Shown in pieces: positions 47,032 through 57,026 of a stretch of 64,000 nt of DNA (positions are counted from its first letter, which is position 1; each line of letters begins with the position of its first letter). The DNA lies in assembly GCA_964634875.1 (NCBI GenBank), contig CAZWKA010000005.1:27167-91166 (forward strand), given 5' to 3'. This DNA is from an uncultured Gammaproteobacteria bacterium (GTDB lineage Bacteria; Patescibacteriota; Patescibacteriia; Magasanikbacterales; GWA2-37-8). The notes beneath the pieces were generated by a model that saw only the letters and a list, made by a program, of their open reading frames with translations, made no database searches and was not told the origin of the DNA. The translations under genes were made by a program, and so were the position numbers.

Positions 47032-49254
47032 ATGGATAGTATCGACCAAACAGAAAACGAAAAGCTGGCTGCCTCAATTGATCCGACAATCAATTTTTTT
47101 GGCATGACTAATTACCGGAACCAGAACCGGCGTTTTGGTATTAAGATTGATGACCGGCGCCGTCATATGTATTTGGTGGGGAAGACAGGTATGGGTAAAA
47201 CCACCATTCTTGAGAACATGGTTATTAACGATATTTATTCCGGCCACGGTATTGGGCTGGTAGATCCGCATGGCGACTTTGCCGAAAAGGTGCTTAACTT
47301 TGTTCCCGCTAACCGTATTAACGATATTGTCTATTTCAATCCTTCGGATATTGATTATCCGATTGGGTTTAATATTTTGGAATCAATTAACCCCGATTAC
47401 AAACACTTAGTGACCTCGGGTCTGATGGGTGTCTTTAAAAAGATTTGGCCAGACGTCTGGAGTGCCCGTATGGAATATATTTTGAATAATACGATTTTGG
47501 CGCTGTTAGATTTTCCAGGTACGACACTCTTGGGTATTAACCGTCTACTTGCTGATAACGAGTACCGCAAGCGAGTGGTTGCCAACCTAAAAGATCCGGT
47601 GGTCAAAGCTTTTTGGCAAACTGAGTTTGCGGGATACAGCGATAAATATAAGCAAGAAGCCGTTGCGCCTATCCAAAACAAGATTGGTCAATTTTTGTCA
47701 GCATCAATTATCCGCAACATTGTGGCTCAGGTCAAATCGCGTATCGATATCCGCGAGATTATGGACAGCAAGAAAATTTTTATTATGAACTTGTCCAAAG
47801 GGCGCATTGGTGAAGATAACTCGCGCCTCCTGGGCGGTATGCTTATTACCAAGATCCAGCTTTCGGCCATGGAGCGTGTCGATATAATTGAAAAAGACCG
47901 TAAAGATTTCTTTTTGTATGTTGACGAGTTCCAAAACTTTGCCACGGAAAGTTTTGCGAATATTTTGTCCGAAGCCCGTAAGTACCGCCTTGATTTGATT
48001 ATGGCACACCAGTACATGGAACAGCTTGATGAAAAGGTGTTGGCGGCGGTTATTGGTAACGTTGGTACTATGGTTACCTTCCGAGTAGGATCGAGTGATG
48101 CCGAAATTTTGGCTAAAGAATTTATTCCAACATTTGTGGAAGAAGATTTAGTTAACTTGCCCAAGTACCATGTTTATTTAAAACTCATGATTGACGGTGT
48201 TGCGTCGCGACCATTTAGCGCAATGACCTTGCCGCCTATTGGCAGTCCAACCGGAAGCTTGGAGAAAGTAATACGCGTTTCGCGTGAACGCTATGCAGTT
48301 AATCGCAATACCATTGAAGATAAGATTGCAAAATGGAGTGGTATGCTTATAAATGCCGAAGACGTTGAGGCAGAAATGGCGCTTGGTCCCGATGTAGTTA
48401 CTTTTAAAGAAGATTTACCTCCGAAGCCAGCGGTTGTGCCTCCACCTCTGGCTAATGTCTCAACTCCACTTCCTGTCGTACCGCCCGCTCCGGCTAGTGT
48501 CCCAAAACCGGCTGAAAACCGTACTCCAGCTGCCCCAGCATCGCCGGTTCCGCCGAGTTTGGTAAGTGCTCAGCAGCAACGTGCCGTGTATGTTAATCGG
48601 ACTACTCCTTTGCCAGCATCTTCGCCTGCTGTAAGGTCGCCGCAATTACAGCCAATGCGTGAGCCGCAGCGGGATACTTTTCAGCGTCCGCCGCAGCTTC
48701 GTGATCAATCTGCCGCTGGTTTAGGCTCTGCAATGGGTGCAGATGGCGAGCGAAGAAAAAAGCGGCGGCGCAAAAAGAAAGGTTCTGGTTCGGGCTCCTT
48801 GCCCTCACAAGGGGAACAAGTGCTCTTGGTTGATCCGGCACAACAGGGGATATCGCTTAGCGCCATGCTTCCTAAAAACGCGCCGCAGAATGACCGGTCG
48901 CGAGACATTCGTCCGCCTCGGCAGCCGCAGGCACCACAACAGCCAACGAGCATGCCCGAACAACGCCAGGGTGAGCGCCGCGAGCAGTCGGGTGCACCTG
49001 AGCCAATTAATTTGGGTAGCCCGGTACAGCCTCGTGAACAACCGCCAGTACAACCACCTGCGCCTGCTGCACCCCGTCCAGCGCCAGTTGCACCACCGAC
49101 ATCAGCTGTTCCGACGGCTCCGCCACCACCTGCTCCAATGGCACCGCCACCGCAGCCTCGGCCCGAACCGCCACCAACACCGCCAGCTCTTCGTCCCGAA
49201 CAGCAACCAACCCAATTACAGCCGGGGCAAGTCGTAAAGCTTGATATACATTAA
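47032..49254 (+). CDS. VirD4/TraG/HerA-like ATPase with Pro-rich C-terminal tail
   Basis: RRHMYLVGKTGMGKT, VDPHGD, LYVDEFQNF, SEARKY, AHQY. Confidence 0.9.
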   Translation: MDSIDQTENEKLAASIDPTINFFGMTNYRNQNRRFGIKIDDRRRHMYLVGKTGMGKTTILENMVINDIYSGHGIGLVDPHGDFAEKVLNFVPANRINDIVYFNPSDIDYPIGFNILESINPDYKHLVTSGLMGVFKKIWPDVWSARMEYILNNTILALLDFPGTTLLGINRLLADNEYRKRVVANLKDPVVKAFWQTEFAGYSDKYKQEAVAPIQNKIGQFLSASIIRNIVAQVKSRIDIREIMDSKKIFIMNLSKGRIGEDNSRLLGGMLITKIQLSAMERVDIIEKDRKDFFLYVDEFQNFATESFANILSEARKYRLDLIMAHQYMEQLDEKVLAAVIGNVGTMVTFRVGSSDAEILAKEFIPTFVEEDLVNLPKYHVYLKLMIDGVASRPFSAMTLPPIGSPTGSLEKVIRVSRERYAVNRNTIEDKIAKWSGMLINAEDVEAEMALGPDVVTFKEDLPPKPAVVPPPLANVSTPLPVVPPAPASVPKPAENRTPAAPASPVPPSLVSAQQQRAVYVNRTTPLPASSPAVRSPQLQPMREPQRDTFQRPPQLRDQSAAGLGSAMGADGERRKKRRRKKKGSGSGSLPSQGEQVLLVDPAQQGISLSAMLPKNAPQNDRSRDIRPPRQPQAPQQPTSMPEQRQGERREQSGAPEPINLGSPVQPREQPPVQPPAPAAPRPAPVAPPTSAVPTAPPPPAPMAPPPQPRPEPPPTPPALRPEQQPTQLQPGQVVKLDIH

Positions 49255-49283
49255 TTTTTCTTACCTTTTCTGTTATTCGTGAT

Positions 49284-50534
49284 ATGCGTTATTCACATCT
49301 GTTTGGAAAAACCAGTAAAACAGCTCCGGCTGACGCCGAGAGTCGGAATGCACAACTCTTGACCCAAGGTGGATTTATTTCTAAGCAAATGGCAGGGGTC
49401 TATAATTATTTGCCGCTCGGTTTGAAGGTGCTTAGTAAAATCCAAAATATTATTCGTGAGGAATTGTCTGTGATTGGTGCGCAAGAAATTTTGATGCCGG
49501 CAATGAGTCAGGAAGAAAGTTACGTTACTACTGGCAGGCAGGGGATGGATGTTTTGTTCCACATGCTTGGTCAGGGTGATACACAACTTGTTTTGAACCC
49601 GACGCACGAAGAAGTGGTGACGCCGCTCGTTCAGAAATATACTTTTTCATATCAAGATCTGCCAACTGCGGTGTACCAGATCCAGAATAAATTCCGTAAT
49701 GAAGCGCGGGCGAAGTCTGGGTTGTTGCGTGGTCGGGAGTTTAATATGAAAGACCTGTATTCATTCCATACTTCAAATGAAGATCTGGATGCCTATTATG
49801 AAAAAGTACAGCAGGCTTATCATAAAATTTACCAACGCCTCGGTATTGGAGAGCGAACACTTTTAACCTACGCTTCAGGCGGGGATTTTAGTAAGTATTC
49901 GCACGAGTTCCAAACCCTTTCGGAGATTGGTGAGGACACAGTACATGTGTGTGAAAAGTGCCGAGTAGCTATTAACCAAGAAATTATTGCTGAACAACCA
50001 GGCTGTTCTTTGTGTGGCAACACCGAACTGGTTCCCCAGAAAGCAATTGAAGTAGGGAACATATTTAAATTACACCAGCGTTATTCAAATGCCTTTGGTT
50101 TTACATTTCAAGATAACGCTGGGGAGCAGAAGCCGGTCGAGATGGGGTGCTATGGTATTGGGCCCTCGCGCATTATGGGTACCTTGGTAGAAGTATTTAA
50201 TGATGAAAAGGGAATTGTTTGGCCGGCAGCCGTCGCTCCCTACCAGGTGCATGCGGTGGTGCTCGGTCCGGACGAGGCCGTCTTTGCGGCCGGTGAAACG
50301 TTATACCAAACACTCCTTGAAAAAGGTGTTGAAGTCCTTTTGGACGATCGGCCTGATGTTTCGGCTGGGGCAAAATTTGCCGACGCAGATTTAATTGGTA
50401 TTCCGCTCAGGATTGTTATTTCTAAAAAAACTTTGGCTCAGAATTCATTTGAGCTTAAAAAGCGTTCAGAAAAAGAAGCGCGTTGTATACCGCTCGAAGA
50501 AGTAGCGGGCGCAGTTATTTCCGCTATCGTATAA
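49284..50534 (+). CDS. proS: Proline--tRNA ligase (short form)
   Basis: PTHEE, KFRNEARAKSGLLRGREF, IEVGNIF, MGCYGIG, ADLIGIP. Confidence 0.93.
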   Translation: MRYSHLFGKTSKTAPADAESRNAQLLTQGGFISKQMAGVYNYLPLGLKVLSKIQNIIREELSVIGAQEILMPAMSQEESYVTTGRQGMDVLFHMLGQGDTQLVLNPTHEEVVTPLVQKYTFSYQDLPTAVYQIQNKFRNEARAKSGLLRGREFNMKDLYSFHTSNEDLDAYYEKVQQAYHKIYQRLGIGERTLLTYASGGDFSKYSHEFQTLSEIGEDTVHVCEKCRVAINQEIIAEQPGCSLCGNTELVPQKAIEVGNIFKLHQRYSNAFGFTFQDNAGEQKPVEMGCYGIGPSRIMGTLVEVFNDEKGIVWPAAVAPYQVHAVVLGPDEAVFAAGETLYQTLLEKGVEVLLDDRPDVSAGAKFADADLIGIPLRIVISKKTLAQNSFELKKRSEKEARCIPLEEVAGAVISAIV

Positions 50535-50537
50535 ACT

Positions 50538-50771
50538 ATGAATACTGTTACCATATACTCCACGCCGTCATGTGGTTTTTGCCATCAGGCTAAAGACTAT
50601 TTAACCGAAAAAGGGGTGGCTTTCACGGACATTGATGTCGCCGACGATCAAGTGAAAGCTGAAGAGATGGTCCAAAAATCTGGTCAGATGGGTGTGCCGG
50701 TGATCGACATCAATGGTCAGATCATTGTTGGTTTTGACAAGCAAAAAATTAATGCGTTGCTCCACCTATGA
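50538..50771 (+). CDS. Glutaredoxin (NrdH/YruB-like)
   Basis: CGFC, GQMGVPVI, VGFD. Confidence 0.93.
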   Translation: MNTVTIYSTPSCGFCHQAKDYLTEKGVAFTDIDVADDQVKAEEMVQKSGQMGVPVIDINGQIIVGFDKQKINALLHL

Positions 50772-51361
50772 AGAATCAGATTGTCTTTGATATTGAAACC
50801 CAAAATACGTTTGCTGATGTTGAGAATGACTTCAAGAAATTGCGTGTTTCGGTAGTGTCGCTCTATTATTATGCCACTGACAAGTACGAAAGTTTTACCG
50901 AAGATGAGTTACCAAAGCTGTGGCCGATTTTTGAACATGCCGATTTGTTAATTGGGTATAACAGCGAGCATTTTGATTTGCCGGTTTTGAATAATTATTA
51001 CTTGGGTGATTTGCTGCAGTTTCCTAACTTGGATTTACTTAGAAAAATCAAAGAAAGTCTGGGTATTCGGCTTAAGCTTGACGATGTAGCACAAGCGACG
51101 CTTGATAATGTCAAGAAAAGCGCTGAGGGTCTACAGGCAATCCGGTGGTGGAAAGAAGGAAAAATTGATGAGATTAAAAAGTATTGCGAACAAGACGTTT
51201 TAGTAACCAAAGAAGTGTACGACTTTGGGCGTAAGAATAAGCAGTTATTTTACAAGTCGTTGACGAATGAGGTGCTGCCGTTTGCGGTTGATTTTTCTTT
51301 CCCCAAGCAGCATGCGGAGGCACAAACAAAGAAAAGTATTAATTTAACCCTGCCTTTTTAA
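50768..51361 (+). CDS. DEDD 3'-5' exonuclease (YprB/RNase_H_2-like)
   Basis: FDIET, GYNSEHFD, YCEQDV. Confidence 0.88.
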   Translation: MKNQIVFDIETQNTFADVENDFKKLRVSVVSLYYYATDKYESFTEDELPKLWPIFEHADLLIGYNSEHFDLPVLNNYYLGDLLQFPNLDLLRKIKESLGIRLKLDDVAQATLDNVKKSAEGLQAIRWWKEGKIDEIKKYCEQDVLVTKEVYDFGRKNKQLFYKSLTNEVLPFAVDFSFPKQHAEAQTKKSINLTLPF

Positions 51362-51367
51362 CCAGGT

Positions 51368-52549
51368 ATGGAAAAAAAAGCTGTTTACTTGGACCATGCA
51401 GCAGCAACACCGCTTCTTCCCGAAGTGTTGAAAAAAATGATGCCGTTTTTAACGGATCAGTTTGGTAATCCGTCAGCGCTCTACGGCCTCGGGGTAGCTG
51501 CCCACGACGCAGTTGAAAACAGCCGTGAAAAAGTTGCGCAAGTACTAGGGGCAGTTCCGGAAAACATTATTTTTACAAGCGGAGGAACGGAAAGTAATAA
51601 TTTAGCTATCCTTGGTGTGGCACGGGCACACGCAGGAAGCGGCAACCATGTTATTGCCATTGGTATTGAACATTCGTCAGTGCTTGAGCCGCTCAAAGAA
51701 TTGACGAAGCAGGGTTTTGAAATTACGTATGTACCTGTCGATCGCAGCGGGCTAGTCTCGGCGGAAGCTGTTTTGGCTGCATTAAAACCGGAAACGATTT
51801 TGGTAACTGTACTGTATGCCAATAACGAAATTGGTTCGATCGAACCGATCGCTGACATTGGTCGGGTGATTCTTAAATACCGACAGCATAATAAAACACA
51901 CTATCCGTATTTCCACACCGATGCCTGCCAGGCGGGTAATTATTTGGACTTGAATGTCGAGCGACTACATGTCGACCTGATGACGCTTAATGGTAGCAAG
52001 ATCTATGGACCTAAAGGGAGTGGGTGTTTGTATGTACGCCGCGGAGTGAAATTAGAAAAACTCGTGCATGGTGGAGGGCAGGAGCGTAATTTTCGTTCTG
52101 GCACAGAGAACGTAGCCGGAATAGTTGGTTTTGCCGAGGCGTTGTCCAAGGTACAATCAGAACGAGAAAAAGAAACAGAGCGTTTGCAAAAATTGAGCGC
52201 CTATTTTTGGGAAGAGCTATATCGATTACTCCCAGAAGCTGTGCTAAACGGCCCCATGTTTGGGATAAACCGTTTACCTAATAACGTTCATGTTACTTTG
52301 CCCGGTGTTGAGGGTGAGCGATTAGTGCTCTACTTAGGTGAAACAGGAGTCAGCTGTTCAGCCGCATCAGCATGTGCCAGCGAAAAGGGAGAAACCTCGC
52401 ATGTTTTACAAGCTATTGGAATTAGTGAAACGAATGCGAATCAAAGTGTTCGCTTTACCTTGGGGCGCGGCACGACGAAATCCGTTGTTGAGCATGTAGT
52501 AGGAGTAATTGCTCGGTTGCATAAAAAATTATTCAATCATGCTTTTTAA
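51368..52549 (+). CDS. iscS: Cysteine desulfurase
   Basis: YLDHAAATP, GNPS, FTSGGTE, HTDACQ, KIYGPKG, RSGTEN, SAASAC. Confidence 0.93.
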   Translation: MEKKAVYLDHAAATPLLPEVLKKMMPFLTDQFGNPSALYGLGVAAHDAVENSREKVAQVLGAVPENIIFTSGGTESNNLAILGVARAHAGSGNHVIAIGIEHSSVLEPLKELTKQGFEITYVPVDRSGLVSAEAVLAALKPETILVTVLYANNEIGSIEPIADIGRVILKYRQHNKTHYPYFHTDACQAGNYLDLNVERLHVDLMTLNGSKIYGPKGSGCLYVRRGVKLEKLVHGGGQERNFRSGTENVAGIVGFAEALSKVQSEREKETERLQKLSAYFWEELYRLLPEAVLNGPMFGINRLPNNVHVTLPGVEGERLVLYLGETGVSCSAASACASEKGETSHVLQAIGISETNANQSVRFTLGRGTTKSVVEHVVGVIARLHKKLFNHAF

Positions 52550-52566
52550 TTAGTTTACATTTTTGT

Positions 52567-53385
52567 ATGCAAGAAGCGTATGCAATGCGTCATGAGCCTC
52601 CGCAGGAAAGTGTTGATCGGCACTTTCCGTTTACCCGCTTTAAGGATTTTTTGCACGGTACATTATATAGCTTAAAACTTGATCCGAATTTAGCAGAACG
52701 GCACGCTAGCATTATTTACGGTATTAAAGGTGTAAAAAATATACTTGAGTATGTAAAGCGTAACTTTGGTCTGGATCGACTACAGGCCGAAGAATTTGCC
52801 CGTAAAATTATTCGTGAAGAGTTTAAGATTTTTTTAACTAAACCCCTTATGGGTTTTAGTGAGGATTTTGCTGATACATTTGGTGATGATTTGTATCAAG
52901 CGCCCAGCGTACAAGAAATTGAGCGCATACTTCGAGAAAATTTGCCTGTAAAGTTACGAAGTGATAGTAAGCGAAAGGCTTTGACTATTGCCCTGGCTGT
53001 TAAGGCGCAAGTGGCTGAGGCCTTGCCATCTTCGCCCAATGATTTGGATATAGGCGGTTCTGGCTCTCCGCTTAATGAAGATGAGTTAAAGAATGCTGGT
53101 CTGCAAATGGGCGCTATAGTGCCGGAACCTTATTTGGCTACCGAAACAATAGCGCAATCAAACCGCGAGCGAAGAATGACTATGCAGGCTGCCGGACGTA
53201 TTAAAACTCAGCCAAGTTATAGGCAAGATTTTGGTGATCAGGTGACTGCTGTAAAAACCGTGCAACTTGATTCAGGGCTTTTTGTAGACGAAGATACAGA
53301 CGTGCCGCGTTTAACTAATGACCACGAGGACACGACAATGCGGACTTTCGACCCCGCAAATCGGAAAAAAAAGAAAAAGAAGTAG
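52567..53385 (+). CDS. Hypothetical protein with basic tail
   Basis: 272-aa ORF ending RKKKKKK. Confidence 0.7.
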   Translation: MQEAYAMRHEPPQESVDRHFPFTRFKDFLHGTLYSLKLDPNLAERHASIIYGIKGVKNILEYVKRNFGLDRLQAEEFARKIIREEFKIFLTKPLMGFSEDFADTFGDDLYQAPSVQEIERILRENLPVKLRSDSKRKALTIALAVKAQVAEALPSSPNDLDIGGSGSPLNEDELKNAGLQMGAIVPEPYLATETIAQSNRERRMTMQAAGRIKTQPSYRQDFGDQVTAVKTVQLDSGLFVDEDTDVPRLTNDHEDTTMRTFDPANRKKKKKK

Positions 53386-53440
53386 TCCTTTCGTTCCGTA
53401 TTGACAGAACTGCCTGTAATAGTACTATTGACGTACCTCT

Positions 53441-55237
53441 ATGACTGATACGCAAGCGATAAAAGACCGGGTGAGCGTTGTCCAATTAATCCAGGAGTAT
53501 GTGCCTCTTAAGAAATCCGGGGCCAACTGGAAGGGGCGCTGTCCGTTTCACAACGAAAAATCTCCCTCATTCATGGTGCATGAAGAAAAGCAAATGTGGC
53601 ATTGCTTTGGCTGCAGCAAAGGTGGGGATATTTTTGCATTTATCCAAGAAATTGAAGGGATAGAATTTCCGGAAGCGCTCAAACTTTTGGCAACACGCGC
53701 AGGGGTACAGCTCGATACTTTTAAAAGTGAGATCAACGCGAGTCAGCGCAATCGCTTGCTGGATATCCAGGCTAAAGCAACACATTTTTTCCATCGTATT
53801 TTGCTTGATTTGCCACAAGCTAAACCAGCTCGGGATTATTTGGAAAAAAGAGGATTGACGCGGAGCGTCATTGAATTATGGAATATTGGTTTTGCGCCGG
53901 AGCAGTGGGATTTGCTAACTAAATATTTACGAGGCAAGGGTTTTACTTTAGACGATTTGGTTGCCAGCGGCCTCGTTATTCGCCGCGAAGACGCCGATCC
54001 TGCTAGTGGTCGGGGATTTTATGACCGTTTCCGCGGAAGGATCATGTTCCCTTTGGCTGATGTGCAGGGGGCAGTAGTCGGTTTTACCGGGCGGGTATTG
54101 GTTGAAACTGAGCGCTCCGGAGGAAAATATGTCAACAGCCCGCAAACACTCGTGTATGATAAGTCGCGTTTATTGTTTGGGCTGAACAAGGCAAAAACAG
54201 CTATTAAGGCCCAAGGTTTTGCGGTCGTTGTGGAAGGCCAGATGGACGTGATCGCTTGCCACCAAGCTGGGATGCAAAATGTGATTGCCGCTTCCGGAAC
54301 AGCTCTGACGGCTGAACAATTAAAGTTGTTGAAACGGTACACGACGACCCTGTGTATTTCTTTTGATGCAGACAGCGCTGGTTTAGCGGCAGACAAGCGA
54401 GGGATCGATGCGGCGCTTGAAGCTGGTGTGGCAGTAAAAATTGTCACTATTCCTGAGGGTGCAGGTAAAGATGCGGATGAATGCCTTAAAAAAGATAAGG
54501 CAGTTTGGTTTAAAGCGGTCGAAGAGGCTAAAGGGGTTATGGAATGGTACTTTGAGATTGCTTTTAAGGGTAAAAATATCGCTTCACCAGCAGGAAAACA
54601 GGGGGTTGCAAGCATTCTGTTGCCTCAAATTAATCGTATTGCGTACCCGGTAGAGCGGGATCACTGGCTGCAGGAATTAGCCTCGCGGCTTCAAGTTGAG
54701 CCACGAGTTTTGGTGGAAGAAGGGAAGCGGCTTAAGGAGCCGGTGGTTAAAAATCGTTTTGTGGGCTCTCGGGCTCCTGAGCCACCTAAAACCATCACTT
54801 TACGCCAGGAACGGCTAGAATTGCTGCTCAGAGCGCTATGGTCGCTCCTGAGTGCCTATCCGGAACATTTTACCGCTTTAAAAAATAAAGGGTTACGGCG
54901 GGTATTTGTGGCTGGTTCAGCGTTTGAAGCCCTTTACGATTTATATGAAAAGCACTATACTATGAGCCAAGGAAGCCCTTCTGACTGGCTTTTGTCCTAT
55001 GTTCCGCCTATTCCGGAAGCGTCACTGACTGTTTTGCAACTTAATAGTGAACGCGAGTACCCGAGCACAACTGCGGATAGTGCTTTGAAAGAACTTGAGA
55101 GTTTAGTTGTAGTAGTAGGTGAGGAATGGCGTAAACGCCGCCGCCGCGACCTTCAATTTCAGATTGAGCAGGCTGAAAAGGAGAAGAATGACCGTCTCCT
55201 CAAGGAACTCCTGAGTGAAATCCAGAGTTTGGCTTAA
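53441..55237 (+). CDS. dnaG: DNA primase
   Basis: CPFHNEKSPS zinc ribbon, KYVNSP, VEGQMD, FDADSAG, KDAD. Confidence 0.98.
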   Translation: MTDTQAIKDRVSVVQLIQEYVPLKKSGANWKGRCPFHNEKSPSFMVHEEKQMWHCFGCSKGGDIFAFIQEIEGIEFPEALKLLATRAGVQLDTFKSEINASQRNRLLDIQAKATHFFHRILLDLPQAKPARDYLEKRGLTRSVIELWNIGFAPEQWDLLTKYLRGKGFTLDDLVASGLVIRREDADPASGRGFYDRFRGRIMFPLADVQGAVVGFTGRVLVETERSGGKYVNSPQTLVYDKSRLLFGLNKAKTAIKAQGFAVVVEGQMDVIACHQAGMQNVIAASGTALTAEQLKLLKRYTTTLCISFDADSAGLAADKRGIDAALEAGVAVKIVTIPEGAGKDADECLKKDKAVWFKAVEEAKGVMEWYFEIAFKGKNIASPAGKQGVASILLPQINRIAYPVERDHWLQELASRLQVEPRVLVEEGKRLKEPVVKNRFVGSRAPEPPKTITLRQERLELLLRALWSLLSAYPEHFTALKNKGLRRVFVAGSAFEALYDLYEKHYTMSQGSPSDWLLSYVPPIPEASLTVLQLNSEREYPSTTADSALKELESLVVVVGEEWRKRRRRDLQFQIEQAEKEKNDRLLKELLSEIQSLA

Positions 55238-55268
55238 CTTTTAGTATCTTATATCTAATTTTACAAAC

Positions 55269-56630
55269 ATGACTGCCAAGGCCAATCTTTCTTCGCTGGC
55301 TCGTCCTAAAAAGAAGGGCAAGCCCGTCGTTTCCAAACCAAAGGCAGTTTCGATCAAAAAGAATGCCTCAAAACCCGCCAAAAAACTTTTAGTCCGCAAA
55401 GCTGTCTCCAAAATAGCAAAAAAAGTTATTAAGAAAATTGCCAAGCCGGTGCCTAAAAAGGTTTTAGCAAAGGCGGTAAAAGAAGCGGTAAAAGGCCCAA
55501 TAAAAAAGTTTATCCCGCCGCCACCGGAAGTCGTCGTTGAGCCTACCATGGAGCAGGTGTGGGAGATTTTGCTCAAAGGCCGTAACCGTGGGTTTGTGAC
55601 CGAAATTGAACTGGGCAGAGTTATGCCCCGGCCTGAATATTACCTCGATTTGTATGAGGGCTTTTTGGATTTGACTGATAAGAATGGGGTAACGATTGTG
55701 GAAACTGCTACCAACCTCTTGGGTGTTTCGGGTGAGCAAAAGATAACGCTCAAACAATTTCAGGGTGCTCAGCCTGACATGGATGTGCCGTTTGACCTCG
55801 GTCAAATTTCTTCAGACTCGATCCAGATGTATTTGCGTGAAATTGGTAAGATCCCGCTCTTAAATACTGAAGATGAAGTATCGCTCGCAAAACGCAAGGA
55901 ACGCGGTGACAAAGCGGCAGAACGTAAACTTATCGAAGCGAACTTGCGTTTGGTTGTTTCGATTGCGAAAAAATTTGTCGGTAAAAGCTTGTCGCTCCTT
56001 GATTTGATCCAAGAAGGCAATATTGGTTTGTTCCGTGCAGTTAAGAAATTTGATCACCGCAAGGGTTATAAATTTTCAACCTACGCCACGTGGTGGATCC
56101 GTCAGGCGATTACGCGTGCGCTCGCTGATCAGTCGCGTACCATCCGTATTCCGGTGCATATGGTGGAAACCATCAACCGGTTCCAACAAGTCCGTCGCCG
56201 TCTTTTGCAAGATTTAGGCCGTGATCCGACTGTCGAAGAATTAGCTGCTGAAATGGGTGAAGAGGTGGAAAAGATCCAGCATATTATCAAAATTTCACAG
56301 GACATGGTGTCGCTCGAAGTATCGGTTGGTGACGACGATGACGATACGCAGCTGAGTGACTTTATTGAAGATGTTAAAAATATTTCTCCCGACCGCGCTG
56401 CCGCACTCCAGATTTTGCGTGACTATGTTCAGTCCGCGGTCAAAGATTTAGTGCCTCGCGAGCAGAAAATCTTGGAAATGCGTTTTGGTTTGACCGATGG
56501 CGTTACCCATACACTTGAAGAAGTGGGGCAGGAATTTGGTGTTACCCGTGAACGTATCCGCCAGATCGAAGCTAAAGCGCTTGAACGTATTCAGCAATCG
56601 GATATTATTACGAAACTTCGGGATTATTAA
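55269..56630 (+). CDS. rpoD: Primary sigma factor with Lys-rich N-terminal extension
   Basis: [42 protein letters not shown]; follows dnaG. Confidence 0.97.
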   Translation: MTAKANLSSLARPKKKGKPVVSKPKAVSIKKNASKPAKKLLVRKAVSKIAKKVIKKIAKPVPKKVLAKAVKEAVKGPIKKFIPPPPEVVVEPTMEQVWEILLKGRNRGFVTEIELGRVMPRPEYYLDLYEGFLDLTDKNGVTIVETATNLLGVSGEQKITLKQFQGAQPDMDVPFDLGQISSDSIQMYLREIGKIPLLNTEDEVSLAKRKERGDKAAERKLIEANLRLVVSIAKKFVGKSLSLLDLIQEGNIGLFRAVKKFDHRKGYKFSTYATWWIRQAITRALADQSRTIRIPVHMVETINRFQQVRRRLLQDLGRDPTVEELAAEMGEEVEKIQHIIKISQDMVSLEVSVGDDDDDTQLSDFIEDVKNISPDRAAALQILRDYVQSAVKDLVPREQKILEMRFGLTDGVTHTLEEVGQEFGVTRERIRQIEAKALERIQQSDIITKLRDY

Positions 56631-56635
56631 AAACA

Positions 56636-56662
56636 CACGAGCCCGCCTGGAGGCGGGCTTGT
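56636..56662. terminator. Bidirectional terminator
   Basis: ACGAGCCCGCC-tgga-GGCGGGCTTGT. Confidence 0.8.
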
Positions 56663-56962
56663 TTAGATGCTCGAATCTTTCGGGCTGAACCAGCGGCCTG
56701 GATCCTGAAGCACGAAGACGAGCAGAAAGAAGATGTGGCAGGACACAAGCAGTCCAATCCCAATGACCCAGCTCAGCGTGACGTTGCTTGTGGAGGGTGG
56801 GTAGACTATTGGAAAGGTGGTAGCACCCGTAATCAGAAAAATTTTTGCCCAGACAATCAGGCAGAATTTTCGATCGAAGAGTCGGTTGATGAGGGTGATC
56901 CAGCCGACCGCTGTGTAGCAAAAGGCTGTGAAAATAAGGGCACAGAGCGCTTGAGTCATCAT
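56663..56962 (-). CDS. Small 3-TM membrane protein with strong SD and raised GC
   Basis: GGAGGAG 5 nt before ATG; three hydrophobic segments; TTC/ATC/GTC/CTC codons. Confidence 0.6.
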   Translation of the reverse strand: MMTQALCALIFTAFCYTAVGWITLINRLFDRKFCLIVWAKIFLITGATTFPIVYPPSTSNVTLSWVIGIGLLVSCHIFFLLVFVLQDPGRWFSPKDSSI

Positions 56963-57026
56963 GGCAGCTCCTCCAAATCTTGTTCGTATTTAATAGCACT
57001 TAGCCAAATAAAGCAAGCCCAAGCCT

